Source: an uncultured Gammaproteobacteria bacterium
GTDB taxonomy: Bacteria > Patescibacteriota > Patescibacteriia > UBA1558 > GWA2-36-10
DNA: 64,000 nucleotides
Direction: 5' to 3'
Assembly: GCA_964515785.1 (NCBI GenBank)
Contig: CAZEWH010000004.1
Span: 3,105-67,104, forward strand
Numbering within the stretch: the first letter of the stretch is position 1; each line of letters starts with the position of its first letter. Both the position numbers and the translations under genes were made by a program. A model generated the notes under the pieces. The model did not search any database. It had not been told where the DNA came from and saw only the letters and a list, made by a program, of their open reading frames with translations. Below, one piece after another: positions 36,880 to 46,237 of the stretch.

Positions 36880-37197
36880 ATGAACATGCTCTTTTATACC
36901 CTTGAAGACAAGGATCAGTCAGAGATCATGGTGCATTGCACCGAAGCTGCTCAGGCCGATAAAGCTGCTGCTGAGATTGCCAATGGTAGTGACACTATCA
37001 AGGTCTTGGATTTTGTCAGACTCAATGGCATGGCCAAATCTATGAGGACTGGCTCAGCTCTAGTGATTCTCAAAAAGCTTCTTGGGATTCGTATCAAATC
37101 TGACGATGGTTCTTTTATTAGCGCTATAGAGCACTTGCTCGCTAGGGCTGCCAACTCAGGGAGGAAGATTGCCAATGGAAAAACAAGACCCCACTAG
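36880..37197 (+). CDS. Hypothetical 105-aa protein (G+C-richer)
   Basis: ORF with very strong SD; no recognised domain. Confidence 0.6.
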   Translation: MNMLFYTLEDKDQSEIMVHCTEAAQADKAAAEIANGSDTIKVLDFVRLNGMAKSMRTGSALVILKKLLGIRIKSDDGSFISAIEHLLARAANSGRKIANGKTRPH

Positions 37198-37237
37198 TTC
37201 CTGGCACAAACACCTTTGCTCTGCACCTGAGGAACCA

Positions 37238-37283
37238 TAAAACCCCCAACTTATGTTGTATATTAGTGGGGGTTTTTATTTTT
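37238..37283. terminator. Bidirectional terminator AAAACCCCCAAC..TAGTGGGGGTTTTT
   Basis: Seen in sequence. Confidence 0.75.
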
Positions 37284-37291
37284 GTATAAAA

Positions 37292-37660
37292 TTATTCTAA
37301 ATCACCAATGTAAAAATCAGGAAGATAGCTGCTAGCCTTCTCAGAATGTGGTGTATCAAAAAATAAATCTGTAGCATCCTTACCACAACCTTCTAATAAA
37401 TCTTTGCCGCCAGGATGACTGTCTTCATAACCAGTTACATCATAAACCTTATTATTTATGACAAGCCAACAATCTTCTTGATTGTCATGTCTAGCCAATT
37501 CATCTATAGAAAAAACATTTTGTCCCACATTAATAATATAATTACCATCTTCAATATTTATTGTTTCAGCGGGTGGATTTGATGTTTTGGTATCAACAGT
37601 CTTATTGCCACAAGCGGTTAAGACCAGTAAAAAAACTGATAGTAAAATAAAATATTTCAT
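37292..37660 (-). CDS. Lipoprotein with cytochrome b5-like heme-binding domain
   Basis: Lipobox LVLTAC; CWLVINNKVYDVTGYEDSHPGG = cyt b5 HPGG heme-ligand motif. Confidence 0.75.
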   Translation of the reverse strand: MKYFILLSVFLLVLTACGNKTVDTKTSNPPAETINIEDGNYIINVGQNVFSIDELARHDNQEDCWLVINNKVYDVTGYEDSHPGGKDLLEGCGKDATDLFFDTPHSEKASSYLPDFYIGDLE

Positions 37661-37737
37661 AAATATATTATAGCTTAGTTTGTGATATTTTCAAAACATG
37701 ATATAATAAAAACACTTAAGAATTAAGCGATATCTAT

Positions 37738-37791
37738 ATGAAAGATGCATGTCCTATTTGCGGGAATGAACCATGCACCTGCAACGAATAA
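37738..37791 (+). CDS. Possible 17-aa Cys-rich peptide MKDACPICGNEPCTCNE; coding status uncertain
   Basis: ATG..TAA immediately followed by a strong terminator; weak SD. Confidence 0.25.
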   Translation: MKDACPICGNEPCTCNE

Positions 37792-37818
37792 GTAGCCATT
37801 TGGCTACTTATTTTTTTG
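37791..37818 (+). terminator. Intrinsic terminator AAGTAGCCAtttGGCTACTT + T7
   Basis: Seen in sequence. Confidence 0.7.
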
Positions 37819-37912
37819 TTTGCCCTCACCCTTACCAAGGGGGAGAACCAATTGACAGAATCTATACTATATGATGAACTAGAAAAGGAGTACTTTCACA
37901 GGAGGTCATGAC

Positions 37913-38122
37913 ATGCCTCGTAAACCTAGGACAAAGTATAGAATATATTATTCTACTACTGAAGACGGTAAAAAAGTCAAAAAACTCATTGGTTATATCT
38001 GGGCCTATAGTAAAGCTCAGGCTGTTAGTGGCTTTCAAAAAGGCTATGGTCAAGCTGCCATTCCTGAAGCCCGCCAAGTGGCTTTTTTAGCCGATCATCT
38101 GCAAGCCGAAGTAGCTGCCTAG
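37913..38122 (+). CDS. Hypothetical 69-aa basic protein
   Basis: SD AGGAGG before ATG; preceded by G/C hairpin + ACCAATTGACAGAATCT motif; own terminator. Confidence 0.55.
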   Translation: MPRKPRTKYRIYYSTTEDGKKVKKLIGYIWAYSKAQAVSGFQKGYGQAAIPEARQVAFLADHLQAEVAA

Positions 38123-38140
38123 GCACTTCGGTTTTTTTAT
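38105..38140 (+). terminator. Intrinsic terminator CCGAAGTAGCTGCCTAGGCACTTCGG + T7
   Basis: Seen in sequence. Confidence 0.75.
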
Positions 38141-38179
38141 TTGCTTATTAATACAATCTTGCTATAATACTAGGGATTT

Positions 38180-38213
38180 ATAGCCCGCCCCCGCGGAGCT
38201 GGGGCGGGCTATA
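38180..38213. other. Strong G/C hairpin ATAGCCCGCCCC-gcggagct-GGGGCGGGCTAT of unknown role (no T-run)
   Basis: 12-bp perfect stem between a terminator and the next gene. Confidence 0.5.
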
Positions 38214-38251
38214 TTCAACAACTTTTATTAACTAATAAGTAAATTAAAAAT

Positions 38252-39658
38252 ATGAAAAAAATTCTTTTTTCTTTCCTAATATTAGCCATAGCTGTACCAA
38301 TGCTAATGGCTGATACAGCTAAAGGTGAGGGCAGTTGTGCTGAAGATCGCATCGAACCAGTCATTAGTGGCGAGGTAGTCGATGGTGGTGTAACACTATC
38401 TTGGGACGCTATTGAGCATGATGGCCTCAAATGGTTTAAAGTCATTATCTCTAAATACAACACTCATCCTCGCTATGGCGATGATGGCTATCTGATGTAT
38501 ATCATCGACGAAGATGCTATATCTTATATGGTCAATAATTTGACTCCATATAGAAATGGAGACTTTGGTGAATTTTTGACCGAAGGTCAAGAGTATCATT
38601 TTGCTGTGACTGCAGTTTATGAATGTTCTGATGGTGGTACAAAAAAAGAAACCAGTAACCCCGTTACTTTGACTTTCCCAGGTGGTGTCGATAATCCTAT
38701 TAGTGATTATGCTGAACCAAATGTAACTGTCACTAGTGATGAAGATGGTGTCAAAGTTGCTTGGGACGAAATCGACGATGATAGACTACAAGGCTTCAAG
38801 GTTGTTGCTTCAAAGAACAACCCCAATCCTCAATATGGCCAAGATGGTTATTTGATGTATATCATTGATGAAGATTCAACATGGCATCTAGTCAATAATT
38901 CTCATCTATATAAAGATGGAGATATTGATGGCAAATTTAAACCAGGTGAAGATTATTACTTTACAGTTGCTGCCATCTATACTTATAAAAAAATAACTGG
39001 TAATGCCCAAGAAGCTGTCTACAATGGCCCAGCTCAACCAGAGGCTACTCTTGAGCCAGAACTAATTGAAATTGACAACAAAGCTACTCTTTTGAAAAAC
39101 GACAAAATGGGTGAAATCTTCCAAGAACTCAACCAACTACGTAATACTATCAGAGAACAAGCTAATGAAATCAAATATCTACACTCTTTAATAACTGACT
39201 TAGGCGGTTTACTTGAAGAAGCTAAACAGGCTCTTAATAATTTTATTACCTATGGTGTAGATGAAAATACCAAACAACTTGGCGAAGGTGAAAGAGCCGC
39301 TGTCATTCATTCTTACAAGAGTGCTTTTAACAAATTACCAGAAACTGAAAATGAATTATCTGATGCTGTCCGTATTGCCAATGGTCGCTGGCCAAGTATG
39401 ACTAGCCAATCGGCAGAAAACAAAGCTAAACAAAGCTTTAAGACTATCTACAAAAGAGATGCTGATATGGATCATCCCAATGACAATGCTGCTGTAACTG
39501 TCATGGCTTATGGCTTACGACAAAAAGCTACTAATCGTAATCTAGATAGTGAAAGAACTGGTATTCAGATCTTCAAAGATATCTTTGGACATACTCCAAA
39601 TACAACAGATGAATGGAACATTATGCAAGCTATTACTTATTCTGGCGCAACTCGATAA
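38252..39658 (+). CDS. Secreted protein with two tandem ~150-aa Ig/FN3-like repeats, coiled coil and C-terminal domain
   Basis: Signal peptide; repeats GVTLSWDAIEHDGLKWFKVIISKYNTHPRYGDDGYLMYIIDED... and GVKVAWDEIDDDRLQGFKVVASKNNPNPQYGQDGYLMYIIDED... Confidence 0.8.
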   Translation: MKKILFSFLILAIAVPMLMADTAKGEGSCAEDRIEPVISGEVVDGGVTLSWDAIEHDGLKWFKVIISKYNTHPRYGDDGYLMYIIDEDAISYMVNNLTPYRNGDFGEFLTEGQEYHFAVTAVYECSDGGTKKETSNPVTLTFPGGVDNPISDYAEPNVTVTSDEDGVKVAWDEIDDDRLQGFKVVASKNNPNPQYGQDGYLMYIIDEDSTWHLVNNSHLYKDGDIDGKFKPGEDYYFTVAAIYTYKKITGNAQEAVYNGPAQPEATLEPELIEIDNKATLLKNDKMGEIFQELNQLRNTIREQANEIKYLHSLITDLGGLLEEAKQALNNFITYGVDENTKQLGEGERAAVIHSYKSAFNKLPETENELSDAVRIANGRWPSMTSQSAENKAKQSFKTIYKRDADMDHPNDNAAVTVMAYGLRQKATNRNLDSERTGIQIFKDIFGHTPNTTDEWNIMQAITYSGATR

Positions 39659-39670
39659 ATTTTTATCATA

Positions 39671-39706
39671 AAACCGCCCGGCTTAGGCCGGGCGGTTTTT
39701 AGTTTT
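39671..39706. terminator. Bidirectional terminator AAAACCGCCCGGC-ttag-GCCGGGCGGTTTT
   Basis: Seen in sequence. Confidence 0.85.
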
Positions 39707-40324
39707 TTATTTTTTCTTTAAGCCTACTTCGCGAGCTACTTGATCAAAATCGATAAACTCAGCATTTACACAAACTATTTTGGAACCTGGCAGTTTGTCA
39801 CAGAGATCTGGACTCCTAAAATATAATTTATGATAATCATTTACTTCCATATAACTTTTAGCTTTATCTTTTTCAAAATCTCTACCTCGCTTTGCCAATC
39901 TTTCTTTTATAATCTCATCACGAGCATACATAAAGACTACAATATCAGGTAGTTTTAAAGTTTTTAGACAACCCTCCATTAAATCTTTTACTAATTGTTG
40001 TTCATTTTTATCTTGCAAGATACTATCTACTACATAAAATAAATTAGACAACCAAAAAGTGTCTAATACAACATTATGACCATTTTTTCTATCTTGCAAA
40101 GATTCTAAGTACTGCTGAATAGTCAAATTATGAAAATATAGAACAGTTTGTAATCTATTTTTATTATTTTTTATATTATCTTTCAAAAACTCAGGAAAAG
40201 TATTAGTTTCACCTTCGTGAAATGTCTTTACTTTATAATATTCTGCCAGATAACGAGTAAAAGTGCTCTTACCACAGGCAGGAGCACCGACAATAGCAAT
40301 TATTTTACCTGATTTTCCAATCAT
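39707..40324 (-). CDS. Deoxynucleoside kinase family protein
   Basis: P-loop GAPACGKST and LID motif ERLAKRGRDFE. Confidence 0.8.
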   Translation of the reverse strand: MIGKSGKIIAIVGAPACGKSTFTRYLAEYYKVKTFHEGETNTFPEFLKDNIKNNKNRLQTVLYFHNLTIQQYLESLQDRKNGHNVVLDTFWLSNLFYVVDSILQDKNEQQLVKDLMEGCLKTLKLPDIVVFMYARDEIIKERLAKRGRDFEKDKAKSYMEVNDYHKLYFRSPDLCDKLPGSKIVCVNAEFIDFDQVAREVGLKKK

Positions 40325-40845
40325 GATTTTTCTTGTTTGGTGATAATTTCAGATGGAGTATATTGGCGCTTGGCTAATTCTTTGTCTACCATAAAAAGCC
40401 CTGGAGCTGCTTTACCAGCTATTTTAATTTTTTCTAGAATATCCAAAACTGATTGCTCTTCTTCTACTTGTTCGTCAATATACCATTTGAGACAAGCTAC
40501 CAAGTCATAATCTTTTTCTTGATTAGCTAATTCATAAAGCTTGTTGATTTTGATAGTGATTTCTTTTTCATGTTCTAAAGCACTAGTAAACATACCAAGA
40601 TGTCCATCAAAATCTGCAGGCGGCTTTGGTATAGCCTGCAATTCTATCCTACCATTGTGTTTAAGTAAAAAATTGAAAAAACCTTTGGCATGATCCATCT
40701 CTTCTTTGGCTTGTACATCAAACCAATTAGCTATACCAAATAATTTATTTTCTTCAGCAAAGGCAGACATAGACAAATATAAATAAGCAGAATAGATCTC
40801 TTCTTTTATCTGATTGTTTATAGCTGTCTCAATGGTTTTATTCAT
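40321..40845 (-). CDS. Ferritin-like protein (bacterial non-haem ferritin)
   Basis: Ferroxidase-site residues in EIYSAYLYLSMSAF...EEMDHA... Confidence 0.8.
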   Translation of the reverse strand: MNKTIETAINNQIKEEIYSAYLYLSMSAFAEENKLFGIANWFDVQAKEEMDHAKGFFNFLLKHNGRIELQAIPKPPADFDGHLGMFTSALEHEKEITIKINKLYELANQEKDYDLVACLKWYIDEQVEEEQSVLDILEKIKIAGKAAPGLFMVDKELAKRQYTPSEIITKQEKS

Positions 40846-40881
40846 AATTGTATCTTAATATAGTACTAATAATAGGTCAAA

Positions 40882-41271
40882 CTAAGGGACAAGTTCCTCC
40901 CAAGAACAATTACTAATATCGCTAGCACAACTATAATGAACTTTACGGACAGCCTTGGTTGTAGTAACTGTAGATTGAATATTGGCGTTTGGTCCAGCAT
41001 CAATAAATTGAGTTGATATAGTGCTACTATTTACTTCAATATCAGAAAATATAAAATTATTTGGTTCTTTACGTAGACGCATCAAAGCTTCTGTCACACC
41101 TGTCTCAGCTGAATAAAAATCTGTCAGAGAATGATCATAAGAATTTAAAACATGACGATTTTGTAAAGATATCAACATCACTGAACTAGAAATAGACAAA
41201 ATAGCTACAGCTATTACCAAAGTAGCTACTAAAGCCACAGCACCAGTTTGATTTTTAAAAAATATCTTCAT
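40882..41271 (-). CDS. Type IV pilin-like minor pseudopilin (PilX-like)
   Basis: N-terminal NQTGAVALVATLVIAV hydrophobic segment. Confidence 0.6.
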   Translation of the reverse strand: MKIFFKNQTGAVALVATLVIAVAILSISSSVMLISLQNRHVLNSYDHSLTDFYSAETGVTEALMRLRKEPNNFIFSDIEVNSSTISTQFIDAGPNANIQSTVTTTKAVRKVHYSCASDISNCSWEELVP

Positions 41272-41276
41272 AAAAA

Positions 41277-41813
41277 TTATCGAATGCTAATAAAAGTCTG
41301 GAAATCTTGTTCTATATAACCATATCTATCATTAGAATTACCTCTAGTTAAAGTAAAATCAACAATAGCTCCTTGATTAGTATCACCATTATTGTTATCT
41401 ATAGCTGTCAAAGTCAGAGCAGTTACTGAGACATCACTACTATTAAGTACTAAAGGATCAGCAGTAGATTGATCAGGAAAACCACCACCTTCATCGTGGG
41501 TTTCTTGATAAATCAAATTATTGTTATCAATAATCAAACTAAATCTAGTGTCTGGTAACTGATAAAAATATAACTGGGCTGGATCAGGATCAACAATATC
41601 AATCTGATCAACATTATGAATTTGATTAGTCAAAAAGTTGATCATGAAACGAGCATTTTGATAAACAGAATTTGAAGATTCAATATAACGCCTGGAAAAA
41701 AATACTGACATCACAAGACCAGAAATAGTAATCATTAAAACAGTTGTAATAAAAATATAAGCTATTACTTCTACTAGATTAAATCCTGATTGATTTTTGA
41801 TTATTTTTCTCAT
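41277..41813 (-). CDS. Prepilin-type N-terminal cleavage/methylation domain pseudopilin
   Basis: NQSGFNLVEVIAYIFI class III signal. Confidence 0.75.
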   Translation of the reverse strand: MRKIIKNQSGFNLVEVIAYIFITTVLMITISGLVMSVFFSRRYIESSNSVYQNARFMINFLTNQIHNVDQIDIVDPDPAQLYFYQLPDTRFSLIIDNNNLIYQETHDEGGGFPDQSTADPLVLNSSDVSVTALTLTAIDNNNGDTNQGAIVDFTLTRGNSNDRYGYIEQDFQTFISIR

Positions 41814-41815
41814 AA

Positions 41816-43714
41816 CTAAAAAGCAGAATAACTTATAACTATATTTTCCAAAACAGGTACTTGTAATTCACTATCGGTACCCATAAATAATTTATAACGA
41901 ATATATCGTTGATTAAGATGAGTATCATAATTTATCATTTCTGTTGAAGTAGCATCATAATAAGTCCCGCTACTGCCATCAGGCCCAACAAAATTCCAAG
42001 GTCCATTTATATTAGCACTAGTGGCCAATTGAAAACGGATATAAGTATCTTCCAATGACTCACCTTCCCAAGTAAGCCAATTGTATTGAACTTCATCACT
42101 ACCAGTATCAAAAGTTGATGACTCTAGAGTACCAGCTGGAGTATAACCACAGTCGGTCACTTCTGTAGAAATAATAAAAAACTCTGCTTCATTACTAGAG
42201 GTAGCTGCATAAATCATAGAACAATTAGCTGACATTCCTAAAACATAACCATTAAGATCAAAACCCATAATCTTGACAATATTATCTGGATCTGTAATTT
42301 CTATTACTACCAACTCTTCTTCCAAAAAATTGGTACCCAATAAAGCATAAGGACCAACAAGATGAAAAGAATGAATGCTCTCGCCTAATTCATAAGAACC
42401 TAATAATTCGAGACTGGTAGGATTTGTAAGATCAAACATATAAAACTCTGCTTGAGAGCCACTATTGTCTGTAGATATATAAACCCTAGTTCCTAAAGTC
42501 ATAATATACGAAGCATGCAATGAACCAGGCAAATTATAAAAACCAACTGCTTGTAAATTAATCGGATTATTAACATCAACTATCTGTAATTCTTTGTCAG
42601 CATTATAAGTAGATGTATATATATAATTTTCACTAAAAGATATTCTAGATATTATTGCATCTAAAACAATATCATCTAAGAGTTGAGGGGAAGTCGAACT
42701 AGAAATATCAAAAGAATACAATGTATCCCCTTGTGAAATATAAGCTTTGGTACTAGCTATATCAAGATCAGTAGCATTTTCATTGCTGGGCAAATCATAA
42801 GTAGCGACTACAACAGGATTGTAACTATCACTGACATCTACCACTTGTAATTCAGCGCTATTATCTTCTGTAGATAAATAAATATAATTATTGTCTTGGG
42901 CTTTTACAGAGGAAATAGAACTACCGATATTTATCGATGACAGCTCAACAGGATTGTAACTATCACTGACATCAAGAATATAAAGCTCTGGACCAGATGG
43001 ATTATTTTTGGTAACTAAATAAGCTATTTCGTTTATCTCTACAACATCATTGTCTTCAAAATTTCCTGGCGTATCAAACATGGCAGTAGTCGTAGCATAA
43101 CTCCAATCAATAAATCCAGAACGTAAAGTAACTATACCAGCTGTATCAATATCAACTCCTTCATCTTTAGTAAAAAACTTTGTTTCATCTGACCAATTAG
43201 CTTGACCGTCTCCACCAATCCAATCAGTCTGTGTCCAACGATCTGCTTGCCAACGATGTAAATAAGTTTCGACAACTTCCTGTTTGGTAATTTTGGCTCT
43301 ACTCTCCCAATCAATTGTCACAGTAACTTTTTTTGTATTAGGGTCTAAATAAGCTCCGCCTATATCACCATAAACATTATTGTTTTCTGAACTATCTCTA
43401 TAAACATCAGACACTGTCAATGTCCTAGTAAACACATTATCTAATAATTCACTACCAGTTTCTAAAGTCCAGAGATCATCAACTAATGATAAATGATGAT
43501 CTCCAGCAAGCAAATCAGACCAAGCCACCAATTTGGCAGCTTCTAAACCTTCCATAGCAAAAAACATAGCTTTAGTATGTTCTTCATTTAACTGATATAC
43601 TTTTTTATTATATGTTGTAAAGTTAACAGTTAATATAACAACTACACTAATAAAAGAAATTGCTACCAACAATTCTATCAAAGAAAAACCACTTTGTTTT
43701 TTACGATAAAACAT
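41816..43714 (-). CDS. Large prepilin-type protein with LVIVD-repeat beta-propeller (632 aa)
   Basis: KKQSGFSLIELLVAISF signal; repeats LYILDVSDSYNPV / LQVVDVSDSYNPVVVATYDLP / LQIVDVNNPINLQAVGFYNLPG. Confidence 0.75.
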   Translation of the reverse strand: MFYRKKQSGFSLIELLVAISFISVVVILTVNFTTYNKKVYQLNEEHTKAMFFAMEGLEAAKLVAWSDLLAGDHHLSLVDDLWTLETGSELLDNVFTRTLTVSDVYRDSSENNNVYGDIGGAYLDPNTKKVTVTIDWESRAKITKQEVVETYLHRWQADRWTQTDWIGGDGQANWSDETKFFTKDEGVDIDTAGIVTLRSGFIDWSYATTTAMFDTPGNFEDNDVVEINEIAYLVTKNNPSGPELYILDVSDSYNPVELSSINIGSSISSVKAQDNNYIYLSTEDNSAELQVVDVSDSYNPVVVATYDLPSNENATDLDIASTKAYISQGDTLYSFDISSSTSPQLLDDIVLDAIISRISFSENYIYTSTYNADKELQIVDVNNPINLQAVGFYNLPGSLHASYIMTLGTRVYISTDNSGSQAEFYMFDLTNPTSLELLGSYELGESIHSFHLVGPYALLGTNFLEEELVVIEITDPDNIVKIMGFDLNGYVLGMSANCSMIYAATSSNEAEFFIISTEVTDCGYTPAGTLESSTFDTGSDEVQYNWLTWEGESLEDTYIRFQLATSANINGPWNFVGPDGSSGTYYDATSTEMINYDTHLNQRYIRYKLFMGTDSELQVPVLENIVISYSAF

Positions 43715-43716
43715 AA

Positions 43717-44193
43717 TTAATCTATCACTCCTAATGATTTTATATCCATAGAAGTAAAAATACTTGGTTGGTTAGGAATAATAATAGAAATAGTACCAGT
43801 ATTGACTGTCTGGCCTGTAAATTTTGTAAAAATTAAATCAGAGCTATAACCACCCACACCATCACTCAAGCTAGTGTCTGGATTGAGGATATTTGTACCC
43901 TGCAAAAATCTAACTATATTATCAGGATCAGCTGGATTGTAAACACTACCATGAAAAAGAGTATATCTATCTGCTTCTAAATGTAATCCCCAGTCAGTAC
44001 TACTAGCTGCCGCAGTAGCTAATTGTTGAGCACGCAAAAGATAACTCCTCATTTCTTCTTTGTTATTTTTTAGTAAGACATCTTGTCGCCAATTACTATA
44101 AGCCATAGTACTCAGACCAAAGACAATGCCTAATAATGAAATAACTAAAATATATTCCAAAATACTAAAACCTTTTTTATTTAATATAATCAT
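43717..44193 (-). CDS. Prepilin-type pseudopilin
   Basis: KKGFSILEYILVISLLGI class III signal. Confidence 0.75.
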   Translation of the reverse strand: MIILNKKGFSILEYILVISLLGIVFGLSTMAYSNWRQDVLLKNNKEEMRSYLLRAQQLATAAASSTDWGLHLEADRYTLFHGSVYNPADPDNIVRFLQGTNILNPDTSLSDGVGGYSSDLIFTKFTGQTVNTGTISIIIPNQPSIFTSMDIKSLGVID

Positions 44194-44198
44194 AAAAT

Positions 44199-45395
44199 TT
44201 ATTCAGCAAAACTCAGAGTTAATTCATACATTGGCGAAATAACGGATACTGCCAAAAAACCAACTGCTACTGCTACTATAATTAGTAAAAATGGCTCAAT
44301 GATAGCTGACATATTTGTCAAAACATTATTTACTCTTTCTTCATAATATTCAGATATTTTTTGCAAAATACTTTCTAATTCTCCTGTAGTTTCACCAACT
44401 TTTGCTAATTGAATGATAAATGTCGGAAAAATACTAGGACGCTTTTCCATAGCTTGACCAAGTGAAACACCTTTTTCTAATTCTCCAGCCATAGCCATAA
44501 TCTCTTTACGATATTTGGTATTTTTGATTGTCTTGGCTGTGATGTTCATTGATTTTACAATAGGCAAACCAGCTGATAACAAAGCAAACAGATTACCAGC
44601 AAAACGAACCAAGGTCAGCTCAATTACAAACTTACCAAAAACAGGAATTTTGAGCATCATTGTATGTAAAAATAGTTTTGGCTTTGGTAATTTAAAAATA
44701 TATTTAAATAAAATTATCAAAGCAATAAATCCACCTATAATATACCAAGTATAAGTTCGCAAAACATAGTTTATAGTATCAACTGCTCGCAAAACAAAAG
44801 GAAGCTGAACATTTGCTTCAGTAAACATAATTACCAAATTTGGAAAAACAAACAATGACAACATAATACTGACTCCTACCAAAGCCATCAAAACAATCAC
44901 AGGATAAATCATAGCCCCAATGACTTTGCTACGTAATCTTTTTTGTGCTTTCAGAATATCAGCTAAATGCCCTAAAGAATCTGATAACATACCTGTATTT
45001 TCACCTACTTCAACAGTAGCAATAATCATCTCTGAGAAAACTTTTGGGTATTTGGTCATACCTTTTGATAGGGTTTCGCCATTTTCTACTCTTTCATACA
45101 AATAATCCAAAACCCCATGGAGGTATTTATTTTTTATCTCACTTTTGAGAGTTTTTAAGGCTGGAGCCAATGACAAACCAGCTTTGAGCATAGTAGCTAA
45201 GTTGTCCATAAACAACATCTTGGCAGTCAAAGAAACAGAACCAATATTAATATTAAACTTCGATTTTTTTTGAAGCTTTTTTGATTGTTTGACTGTTTGT
45301 TTTTTAATCAAAGACCCAACTGGCTTGGCTAATTCAGCTGCTTTGGCTTCTTCAGTATCGTCAATAATCTCATGATGTTTATCTAAATATTTCAT
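44199..45395 (-). CDS. pilC: Type IV pilus / T2SS platform protein (PilC/GspF family)
   Basis: Two GspF repeats, 3 TM. Confidence 0.9.
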   Translation of the reverse strand: MKYLDKHHEIIDDTEEAKAAELAKPVGSLIKKQTVKQSKKLQKKSKFNINIGSVSLTAKMLFMDNLATMLKAGLSLAPALKTLKSEIKNKYLHGVLDYLYERVENGETLSKGMTKYPKVFSEMIIATVEVGENTGMLSDSLGHLADILKAQKRLRSKVIGAMIYPVIVLMALVGVSIMLSLFVFPNLVIMFTEANVQLPFVLRAVDTINYVLRTYTWYIIGGFIALIILFKYIFKLPKPKLFLHTMMLKIPVFGKFVIELTLVRFAGNLFALLSAGLPIVKSMNITAKTIKNTKYRKEIMAMAGELEKGVSLGQAMEKRPSIFPTFIIQLAKVGETTGELESILQKISEYYEERVNNVLTNMSAIIEPFLLIIVAVAVGFLAVSVISPMYELTLSFAE

Positions 45396-45397
45396 AT

Positions 45398-46237
45398 TTA
45401 TTCTCGTTTTATACGTAAAACTTCTTCAATAGTAGTAATACCAAGCAAAGCTTTTTGCAGACCGTCCTCAAAAATAGTAATCATACCATTTTCTTTAGCT
45501 ACTTTTTCAATATCACCAGAGGAAGCATTACGAATAATAGCCTGCTGGATAGCATCGGTATTTTCCAAAACCTCTAATACACCTATCCGTTTGTCATAAC
45601 CAGAATCATGACAAATTTCACAACCCTTACCCTTATAAAAAGTTAATTCTTTAAAAGATTTATACTTATTTTCTACTATTTTCAAATCTTTAAAGCGTTG
45701 CAGCATATCTTCTAGATGAAATTCTTTACTCAAAGCTTTGAGTTCTTGATCTGACAAATTATAGCTTTCAATACAATTTAGACAGATTCTACGCACTAGA
45801 CGTTGAGCAATTACTACATTGAGTGTTGAGGCTAATAAAAAAGGTTCGACATTCATGTCCAATAAACGAGGTGGAGCACCAGAAGCATTGTTGGTATGTA
45901 GGGTAGATAGTACCAAATGTCCAGTCAAACCAGCTCTGACGGAGATTTGAGCGGTTTCTTTGTCACGAATTTCACCAATCATAATAATATCAGGATCTTG
46001 TCTAAGTAGGGCACGTAGGCCAGAAGCAAAAGTATAGCCAGCCTTAGGATTTATCTGAGTTTGATTTATTCTATTGATACCATATTCAATTGGATCTTCA
46101 ATAGTACAAATATTAACATCCTCGGTATTTAAAATATTGAGCACAGTATAAAGTGTGGTAGTTTTACCAGAACCAGTTGGACCAACTACCAAAATAACAC
46201 CAAAAGGACGTTTGACTTGAGCATTCATTATTTTCAT
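45398..46237 (-). CDS. pilB: PilB/GspE-family ATPase, C-terminal half (Walker A GPTGSGKTTT, Asp box, Walker B, tetracysteine CLNC...CEIC)
   Basis: Starts MKIMNAQVKRPFGVILVVGPTGSGKTTTL; ATG overlaps the stop of the upstream ORF (ATGA). Confidence 0.85.
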   Translation of the reverse strand: MKIMNAQVKRPFGVILVVGPTGSGKTTTLYTVLNILNTEDVNICTIEDPIEYGINRINQTQINPKAGYTFASGLRALLRQDPDIIMIGEIRDKETAQISVRAGLTGHLVLSTLHTNNASGAPPRLLDMNVEPFLLASTLNVVIAQRLVRRICLNCIESYNLSDQELKALSKEFHLEDMLQRFKDLKIVENKYKSFKELTFYKGKGCEICHDSGYDKRIGVLEVLENTDAIQQAIIRNASSGDIEKVAKENGMITIFEDGLQKALLGITTIEEVLRIKRE

